From Tubiluchus corallicola (lineage: Eukaryota > Animalia > Priapulida): a DNA stretch of 64,000 nt. The DNA lies in contig JAQGDQ010000326.1 in assembly GCA_030141605.1 (NCBI GenBank), forward strand, positions 1 through 64,000, written 5' to 3'. The notes under the pieces were generated by a model. It was not told the DNA's origin. It searched no databases and saw nothing but the letters and a program-made list of their open reading frames with translations. Within the stretch, counting starts at the first letter, position 1, and each line of letters opens with the position of its first letter. Shown here piece by piece: positions 26,483-36,252 of this stretch. The translations under genes were made by a program, and so were the position numbers.

Positions 26483-29400
26483 TTACAAGTTATGTACTAC
26501 AGGTATATATTCATTTAGTAAGATTTTTGTGTATTTTTTGGAAGCAGAAAATAAGCTACCTTCAAAGGTATCTTTTGGCAACGAATTCCATAATTTAACT
26601 CCTCGTAATTTTAAGCTATTCAAACCGTGTCGGGTAAAAAATCTCCACAAAATACTGTTCATTAGAAGCAGCTCTTGTGAAGTAGGAATGTATATCAGAA
26701 ACATTAGTGAAATATTCACTTAAAAGTTCTGGTAATAAACCAGCATTGAATTTATACATAAATTTGAACAACTCAAGATTGTAAATTTAAAATTTGTAAT
26801 TTTACGAATGATGGTGTAACATGATCATATTTGCGAGCAAAAGTTATTAATTTTACTATTTTGTTTTGTTGTGTCTGTATTAATTTTTGAATTGATGCAA
26901 AAGCTGTACCCTATTTTAAGATGGAATATTGTAAATAAGGGAAAATTAATAAATTATATAAAAGTTTCAGAATATATTGGTCAACGTAGTGAGTTATTTT
27001 TAAAATTATTCCGGTAATTCGACTTAATTTGTATGTTACGTGTTTTATATGTGGTTCCCATGTTAATTTGCTATCAATGAGTAGGCCCAAGTATTTGATG
27101 TTGTCTGTTTCTTCAATTTTTGTTTGTTTATTATAATATGAAATTTTGGATTATTAGCATTGTTAATTTGCTTGTTGTTGATTATCATAAATTTGTTTTT
27201 TTTGTAGTTAATTGACATCTGATTTGCCCTCATTCACAGGTCTATTTTCTTCGTTTCTTCATTAACAGATTTTTGCAGATTATTTATATTGAAATCAGAC
27301 ATGAACAAATTAGTGTCATCGGCAAATATTCAGGTTCGAAAGTTGCTGCATGTGGGAAGGTCATTAATATAAATTAAGAATAGAAGAGGTCCTAAATTAG
27401 AGCCTTGTGGTACTCCACACAAGATGTGTTTATAGTCTGACGATACATTGTTAATAGATATGAATTGTTTTCTGTTAGTTAGATATGACTGAATTAGTTG
27501 CAAATGTAGACCTCTGATGCCATAATGGTTTAATTTGTCTGTTAGTATACTATGCTGTACGGTATCAAAAGCTTTCGATAAGTCTAAAAATATTCCACAA
27601 TTCAGTAATTTTTTGTCAGTGTCTAGAGAGATCGTGTCTATTAATTCGGATACAGCAAGGGCAGTTGAATAATTTTTTCTGAAACCAAATTGGTATTTAC
27701 TTAGGATATTGCTTTTCACAACAAACTGGTATAATCTCTTGTAAATTAGCCTCTCAAAAACTTTTGATACTGGTAATAAGAGAGATATTGGTCTGTAATT
27801 GTCAGGTTCATGTGGAAAGCCAGTTTTACATAAAGGAATAACTTTCGCTATTTTTAATATATTTGGAAAAGTTTCAGTATTAACCGATTTATTAAACAGT
27901 AATGTGAGTATTGGTGAAATAATTTGACTTGCAGATTTAAAAGAAGATATTGGTATATTTTGTGGTCCTGGTGATTTGTTTGAATTAAGTGTATTTAAAA
28001 GTGTGCATGTTTCATTTTCAGTAATAGGATTAATGAAAAAAGAATTTGGGTTAGGATTTTTTAAAAAGTCAGTAAAATTAACTTTAGGTTTAGGTATTTT
28101 GGCAGCCATGTCCAGGCCTATATGGCAATATCATATGTATCTGTATAGTCCAAATTGTGCTTACTGGCAATATCATATGTATCTGTATAGTTCAAATTGT
28201 TTATTGTTAACTTACTTGGTGCTTGACGTGCTTTTGAATCAGTTTTTATAATACTGTTTATTGTTTTCCAAGTTTTTTCCATGTTATTCTTATGTTTTTG
28301 CAGTGTTTCAGTGTAATATTGCTTTTTTGATGATTCTTTGACATGATTCTTTGATTTAATTTGTTAGAGTAGGCTTTGTAATAGATTTGTTTGTATAAAT
28401 TATTTGAGAGTTTGTGTGATTTGTAAAGACGTGATCTGGTTTTAATACTATTTAAAATTCCCTTAGTAATCCATGGTTTTTGAAATGTAATAGTGTCTTT
28501 CCTAGACAAAGTTTGCAAAGGAGAGTGATTATTAAACACATTGAAGAGTATTTCATTAAATTTGCTAAATCCCTCATTAGTTTCCAAGTCATTAAAATTT
28601 ATTTTGGCTAATTCTAGCTGCAGGTTATTTAAAAAATCTTGTTCAGTTGAATTTTTAAAATTTCTTGTGGTGATTTTGTTGGATTTCATTTTCAGTTTAG
28701 TATGCTTTATAATTGCAAATATAGGAAGATGATCTGCTACTTGATAAAGCAAAATTCCAGGTGTTACGTGGTTGGTGAGGTCATTTTATGTAAATATGAT
28801 CAATGAGTGTATTAGTGTGATGAGTTATTCTTGATGGTTTAGTTATAATTGGCACGAAATTATTAGAGAATAACATGTTTGTATAATTTGTCACTAAGGT
28901 TTTGCTGTCACTATGAAGTAAATTAATATTTATGTCACCGCATATATAGCAAAATTTGTTAGTTCTGTTAATTAAAGATAATTTGCTTTCTAGTTCTTCA
29001 TGAAATTCTTCGATGTTAGTATTTGGCTGCCTGTAGATGACTCCAAATAAAATGTTTTTGATGTTGGGTGGAGTTCCTATTTCGATCCACATATTCTCCA
29101 GTCGCATATGGTTTGTGGACCCATTTTTACAGTCTGAGTTGTGTATTTTGTATTTAGGCATTTCCGAAAAAATCATTTAGTTTCTGATATACAATCCCAC
29201 ATCCCACATTGGTTGTAGAGTAATCACGAATAAATTGATACCCAGGTAAGGGTGTAAGAAAAATATGATCTTTTTTTAAACAGGTTTCACTTAGTGCTAT
29301 AATGTCAGGAGGGCTTTGAAAGTGTAAAAGAATGTCTAACATACTACTGTAATTTTTGTTTATACTACTGACATTAAAACTCACAAAAGTGAAATCCGTA

Positions 29401-29791
29401 CTGGTATTCGCTAAGTTATCTTGACTAGATAGAGTTGAAAGTTTATAATAATTACTTTCTTGATAAGGAAGAAAGTTATCAGGATCATTATTATTAGTGG
29501 AAAAGTTAGTAAACGTAGAAAACTCACGCAAAGAAGGTAGACTAGTCAGAGTCGACATGGATACATCTATTCTAAAAAATTCTTGTATATCCTCATTTGG
29601 AAGGGGAAAATATCATTTAAGCATTTAATACAATAATAAATATCATTATTACTACCTAATATATTGAATTGCTTAATTGTCAGAGCAGTGCATCTTAAAT
29701 GGGTCCACTGATGACAATTATCACAGTTAATAGAATTTTCATTATATCTACCGGGTATAGCACATTTATTGCATGGGTGCCTAACTGGCAT
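26483..29791 (-). pseudogene. LINE ORF2 (N-terminal PHD finger, APE endonuclease, reverse transcriptase) with multiple frameshifts and stops
   Basis: PHD CxxC..CDNCHQWTHLRC..YCIKC (29567-29791). APE motifs SFNVSS, IALSET, GVIYRQP, CGDININLL, TLIDHIY and ADHLPIF (29558-28258). RT ORF 27330-28109. Confidence 0.88.
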
Positions 29792-29816
29792 TTATAATAT
29801 TTACATTTTTTACACC

Positions 29817-30763
29817 TTAACTTGTTTTATTCACTACTTTGCGGAAATCTGCTTGTGTTTCTCTGGCAAGCACTTCACTTTCATCATTGTATTTTAATAA
29901 AATTCTACCACTTTTGGTCCACAAATATTTAAAACGTTTTTCTTTTTTGAATTGCTTAACATCATAAAATAGTTGTGTTCGTTTTTGAGTCAAACTCTCA
30001 TTAATGTACATTCTCTGCCTTCCATAATGGTATCTCCCAGTAGGTAAATCGCTGGTTTATCCGACTTCGCCTCTTTTCTTATACATCTCATCCCTCTTGG
30101 TTTTCCTAACAAACTTCAATATGATTTTTGGTGTTTCTTTGCTTATGTTTGTCGGTAATCTGTGCGACACACTGATGCCACTGTCATCTTTTTGCACTCC
30201 CATCATGTTTGCTGTATCTTTCACAATTTCATCTGTATTTTCTCCCTTTGTCTCAGTTATCCCACTAATCTCCAAACACTCTTTCCTACTATATTGTTCT
30301 AATCTGTCAATGGTTGCATCTTTGTCTTTAACCGACTCTTGTAATGTAGCAACAGTTAACTCTAGGGATTTTACTTTAGATGTAAGTGAGTTTACCTGTG
30401 TGACTACGCCTGAAATTTCTTTTTTCATGTCCTCAAAGCTGTTTGAAATAAACTGTTGCGATTGCTTAATTTCTTCTGTTTCTTCAGAAAATTTTCTGTC
30501 TAATGCACTAACCTGCTCTTGTAAGCTTCGAATGGCATTCAAACATTGTTGGCTGACCGACTGATCACTTGCTGCGTTGTGTTGTTTTCTATTGACTGGG
30601 TATTCGTTGGTAAATTTTGCGTAGTATCAGCTGTTTGTTCCGAAGCCGTTTGCTTTCCCGCCATATTTGAATTGTTTGGCGCTTTACTAGTGGAAGCGTT
30701 TTGTGCATTCATCTTAGCAACAGACTGCGTTCTTTTGGGGTTTTTCGATCCTCGTGTCTCCAT
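29817..30763 (-). pseudogene. LINE ORF1 (low-complexity N-terminus, coiled coil, RRM-like region, C-terminal FP25K-like domain), frameshifted
   Basis: ORFs 30539-30763, 30057-30542 (heptad repeats, then LEQYSRKECLEISGI..DISVSHRL-like SGISVSHRL..PKIILKF) and 29817-30011 (YINESLT..FKYLWTKSGRILLK). These motifs are typical of ORF1 in CR1/L2-group elements. Confidence 0.8.
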
Positions 30764-31119
30764 TATATCACGATCAATTATAATGAGCTTAGATAAACGT
30801 TTAAATTTTTCGTAAGAACTTTAAATTTAATGATTTTTGTCAGAAGCTCAATCAAAGACAAACTGCTGTTATTGCGCCACAGCGCCACCTGATATTGGTC
30901 CTGGAAAGGTTTAAGGCTTGACATTGGTCCTGGAAATTTTCATTTATTTGTGCAACAAGTAATGCAGTATAAACTAATCAGAGTAGAGTTGGGAAAACCA
31001 AAAGTGACCAAAACCAAAAAAAAAGTTCACCTAGCATTTGTTTTTTAAATAACTTACAGTAAGTTCTTACTTAACGATGCTAACGAAGTTTTAGCAAAGT
31101 TGCAAACACAGTTAAATGA

Positions 31120-31230
31120 AGACATAGTCACATACATACATAGACATTTATTTTCTCCAATAATGTCACAAATTACATTTTACCAAAAAACTTTACTTTA
31201 TCCATGGAGACATGGTAAATGACTAGAAAC
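31120..31230 (-). mobile_element. Short 5'-truncated 3' end of a related LINE subfamily
   Basis: The reverse complement reads TTGGAGAAAATAAATGTCTATGTATGTATGTGACTATGTC, the same terminal signature as copies A and B. Confidence 0.55.
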
Positions 31231-31961
31231 ATTGTGTTGCACTACAATAGCAAAAATCATTGCCTATGTTAACTATACAGTAACATTTCAAGGTACTAAT
31301 GGTCTCCTCACCAGATATTCAAAATAGATATTAAGCTTAAATGATCGCTTTTTGCCCTTTCAATCTTTCCTGGATGCTTTACTTGTGTTAACTATTTCAA
31401 CAGATGGTGGCACTAACGGTACGATTCGGAAGATGGTATCGTATCATCATGTGCATGCGCCAGCAATGGAGTATCAATTCGTGGTCAGGTTCCCTCAATT
31501 AAAATTACAAGAACTTTATAAGATTGTAATACTTGCTTCATATAACAAAAAATAATGTAAAAGCTTTTTGTCATTTTTTGCATTTTCACTCAATAGCCAT
31601 ATAGAGTAAAACATTCTCTTATGGCCCATTTTAAAATTAAATTATGATTTGTAGTGGTGTTACAGCAGATATTTGTAATTTAGACTTACAAGGCTATATA
31701 AACATACCCTATCCTCACAATAGACGATTGAAAGTAGTTCTTCAGTATATTCCGTAATTATGATCATCACAGGTATGACTATGAGTATAATATTTTTTTG
31801 CAGAACTTGGTCAAGAGTGGTTGAGTCAAACTTATAGGACTTAGTGAAATTCCTATGCAAAAATAAAAGATATATTACTGGATGTGTTGAAAAATGTACA
31901 GCAAACTTTCGTGACAATTGGAATACAATAAGTTTGGAGTGAAACGTACAAAACTGCAGCC

Positions 31962-34900
31962 ATGCCGGTATCAACTAATTCATCGAGCAATGCATTAAAG
32001 ACAAACGAAGAATGCGGTATTCGTGATGTCTGGGCACACAATTTGGAAGATGAGTTTAAGACAATCAGAAGAGTTATTCACAAGTATCCATATGTTGCAA
32101 TGGTAAGCACTAAATTTTGCTATTAAATTCATGACGTTTTATTGGAGGACATTTTATATCAGTTTCTCATTCATTTGATTTTTCTGTTTAAAAAATGCAT
32201 TAAAAATATACTTTTTGTTGGTAGCCCTACTTGCTAAAAATCTGCTCTGATATTATTACTTTTGAGTTTAGGTTGGAAGCTAAACTGTTTTAAATTATAA
32301 AAATGTCTTAGAATACCACATTTCTTAAAGTATTATTTTCTTTTTTATTGCCATTTATACACATATTAAAATAATATAAAAGAAAGAAATTAGCAGATGC
32401 AAGCCAAAATAAAATTTATAAAACAGTGCCCTAGAATTGAATACATCTCATTAAAAGGAACCTAATAAAATGTAACTAAATATGAATTATATACTATATA
32501 CAGCACATTTTATACAATAATATGGTACTGAGAGAACCAATTAGGCCTATGATAATCTTACATGGACAAAGTTATAGTAAGGCAGCACATTAACATTAGC
32601 TAGTCGATTGCTAAAAACTGACAAACTAGTAGCATTAACTACATGAGAATCCAGAGCAATTTGTATATTAGACCATATTAGACCATTACAGTGTTCCCTC
32701 GCTACTTCATGGTTCGTTTATCGCGGACTCGCTGTTTTGCGGGTTTTCAAAAATGTTAATGTAAAATATTTATCGCGGTATTTTCGCTGTTTTGTGGGTT
32801 TTTACTGTACTCCGTCTAAAGTATTTTTGCACATGCGTAGTACGTATTGTACAGTAATGTAAAGATTTGATGAATTTTGCATAAAACATCACAAAATGTA
32901 TAAAAATATATCAAAATATTAATTTTAACATTAAAAGAATATTATAAATCATAAAAAATATCATTTACAGTAAATAGTGTATTTATTCGGCGGATGACTA
33001 CACACCAAAAACGAAATGTAGTACTTGCACGCTAAAATAAGCATAGCGTCCCTACTTCGCGGAAATTCACTTATCGCGGGTGGGCTTGGAACGGAACACC
33101 CGCTATAAGTGAGGGAACATTGTATTTTCTATTGTATGCATGCACATTTTTAGGAATAATATTTTTTATAAAACCAATTACTCAAATAATACTATGTCAT
33201 AATTCTTGGAATGCCATGGCACGAATATTTTCAGTTACCTCATTAGTCTAAGATAAGTCTTCAGTTGTATTACATATAGATTAGTTTACTGATTATTTTT
33301 AGGACACAGAGTTTCCAGGAGTAGTAGCTCGTCCTATAGGAGAATTCCGGAGTACAGCAGACTATCAGTATCAGTTGTTACGATGTAACGTCAACTTGCT
33401 GAGAATTATCCAGCTTGGGTTAACATTCCTGGACGAAAATGGTCAAACGCCCCCAATGTATTCAACGTGGCAGTTTAATTTTAAATTTAATCTGACGTAA
33501 GCAAAGTTAAATTATTTTGTATGTACGAAAGTACGAATTTTTTGTAAATTGTATAATTACTCATTAATTTAAGTATTGAGAGTGATCTCACCTGCTATAC
33601 CTGATGTCACTGAAGTCTGCAGTGTTGCTGTTTATTTTGTGATATGCATTTGCATTGATAGTGATTTTTAATTCTAGTAGTTGTAAATGACGAACACCCC
33701 AGGCAGGCACAAAAAAGACTGAGACATTCTAAGGTCAATGTCCCCATATAAAATTTGCTTGAATGCACATAGTCAGTGCTGTTAGATTCGCTTCGTTTGC
33801 TTTAAGCAGCTGAAGTCTCTCATGTGACAGTGACAGTTTTACAGCTGAAGTCAAACTAAATTAGATAGCAATTATTGTTTTACATTTTTTACAGTGAAAT
33901 GTGTCCAACAGTCACAAATGCCTTCAAAGCAACAGTTGTCATTAGAGCAGTGGTTATTTAGGTAATAATACTGTATATGCTGTGCCAGGCAGGTTTACCA
34001 TAGCTTGAGCCCACATTTTGAAAAACTATGTGGCCCTCCGCCGACTGTGTTACACAAAAAACACTGCATATATACCAGTAATAATTTTGTTATTATAAAA
34101 TTAAGTACTAGAGAAGGGATGGACATCTGGCAGCCCCATGGATGACAAAACTTTTTCTAGATTTTATTAACTTTAAAAAATGATCAGCATTGAAGTCCTA
34201 CGCCTGTCTTTAATACAGAGATTGCTCCAACTGAGTGAAAAAGAAATGTCTTTTACTTATAACTGAGTGCAGTGTCCGGTGGGTCTCACTATTGGAACTA
34301 ATTTAAAGGCTATATATTGGAAGGTAAATCTATATTATAATTTTAGGGAGGACATGTATGCTCAAGATTCCATTGACCTTTTAACCAATTCCGGGATTCA
34401 GTTTAAAGACCACGAAAAAGATGGAATTGACCCTCAAGACTTTGCAGAATTGTTGATGACATCAGGAATTGTTTTATCAGACAAGGTTTTCTGGTTATCT
34501 TTTCATAGGTGAGAATAGTTTTGTTTTAAATTTTTTTAGTTATGTTTATTCATTATAGCTCCTTTTTTGAGTGATAAATTTGTAACATGCTCTAGCTTCC
34601 AATGTTTGCAAAAAAGCAGTCTTCTTATTTTGATCTAAATTAAATTCAAAGGTGATAACAAAAAAAAGAAATAATAGCAGCATCAGTGCTGAACAAAAAA
34701 TCAATAATTCTGCTGCAGAGCACCCAGAATGTTGACGGAAACACTGAGAAATGGGCAAACCATTTTACGGTGTCAATGTTCACAGTTTTTATACATGTAA
34801 AATAAGCTGTAAGCATCTGCATTTCTACAGTTGCAAATGAACTTAATCTAGATTTTCAATTAAATTTTTGTAGACCTAAGCAAGCAGAGAAAACAGAAGA

Positions 34901-36252
34901 TTTCATTATACATATATGTATGGTAGTAATTTCTTTGCAGAAACAAGAACCATATTTAACACTTGCAATTTATTTGCAGATGTGCACAAGTGTAAAACAT
35001 TGCTTAGAAACTTTTAACAGTGCATATTTTATTTTCAGTGGCTATGATTTTGGCTACATGTTAAATTTGTTAACAAATACGAAAATGCCAGCTGAAGAAC
35101 CGGACTTTTTTGAGCTGCTGAGATTATATTTTCCTGTCATATATGATGTGAAGTATTTAATGAAGAGCTGTAAAAACCTAAAGGGTGGTCTACAGGAGGT
35201 TGCAGAACAGTTAGAGGTATTATTTCAGATTATGATTTAAAAGCAAATCATGTTTTTGTTATATGAAGCTCAGCTGAAAGGTTAATTAGTTGATTGTAAA
35301 AGCATAATGTCAAAATCCAATACTTAATGTGTACGGAAGTTTCTTACCACTACCTTGCTGATTTTCCCTGCTTGTTCTGAGTTTGGCTTTGAAGCCATGG
35401 CTTATCAAAAGCTGTAAAATGGCATACCAACCTGCTGTTTCTCTACCATGCAGGTGTCAGTATGCTAGCAAAAGCAGTTTATTTAGTGAATAGTCAACTT
35501 GTTACTGATTGGCTGTTTCTATAGTACAATGGTGATACGACTGGATGGATCAATACAAGGTAGCAGTAGGCAGTAGATTTCTCATTATTGATCACATTAT
35601 GGAAAAAAATTAATCTTGCTTATGTTGTCTTCACAGACTTACCTTGACTGAAGTCCAAATTGTGTACAAATTTTTTGACATTTTTGCTAAGCTTATTTCT
35701 CTAATGAAAATTATTAAATGTCATGTAGCTTTTGCAACCTAACATTAGTTAATGATTGCATTTTCACATTACAGCTAGAAAGAATAGGCCCTCAACATCA
35801 GGCCGGCAGTGATAGTTTATTAACTGGTGCAGCTTTCTTCAAAATGCGTGAGGTATGATCTTTATCATTTTTATTGCTCGAGCTTTCCTGGACTCATTAT
35901 TACTGCCTACATATGCGATTCCTGTGTGACGTAGATTTGTAGTTAGCCACTAGTTCGGTAGTTGATTCCCACTAGTAATTTATAATTTTCATAAGCACTG
36001 TTATTTCGTATAATTGAATAACAACGTGAAACTATTGTAAATTTTTCGCATGTGTAATTTTTCCAATATAATTTATTACAGATGTTCTTTGAGGATAACA
36101 TAGATGATGCAAAGTACTGTGGACATCTTTACGGCTTAGGTACGTCTTATGTAGTTAATGGTAATTCAAACAACACTGTCAATTCTGACTCTAACCAACT
36201 GGACCAGCCTCCTACCACATCAGCTACTCCATCATTGTCATCATCAACATGA
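31962..36252 (+). CDS. CNOT7: CCR4-NOT deadenylase subunit CAF1/Pop2 (CNOT7/CNOT8 pro-ortholog), 6 coding exons, ~307 aa
   Basis: Exons: 31962-32102, 33303-33496, 34347-34508, 35039-35216, 35775-35852, 36082-36252 (TGA). Total 924 nt, GT-AG, phases consistent. DEDD nuclease motifs are intact: [44 protein letters not shown] and [13 protein letters not shown]. Confidence 0.97.
32689..33122. mobile_element. Non-autonomous Tc1/mariner (Tigger-like) element, copy 2, 434 bp, internally deleted relative to copy 1
   Basis: TA-CAGTGTTCCCTCGCT ... AGTGAGGGAACATTG-TA. Colinear with 15001-15683 except for ~250 bp missing after GTAGTACTTGC. Confidence 0.9.

Larger units (their letters stand above)
25945..30890 (-). 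mobile_element. Near full-length (~4.9 kb) CR1/L2-group LINE, copy B: 5' UTR, ORF1, PHD-APE-RT ORF2, 3' UTR and TCTATG tail; inactivated; sits between VPS37A and CNOT7
   Basis: The 3' ~2.4 kb is the reverse complement of copy A, with about 14 differences by eye over the 259-aa ORF 27330-28109. The tail TAGACATAGACATAGA is at 25945-25960. The 5' end is placed approximately at AGGTGGCGCTGTGGCGC near 30890. No target-site duplication seen. Confidence 0.93.

Noticed and set aside
30097-30815. Plus-strand ORFs of 155 and 89 aa
   Set aside because: Antisense shadows of LINE ORF1. The same applies to 204-401, 9557-9802 and 27976-28251.
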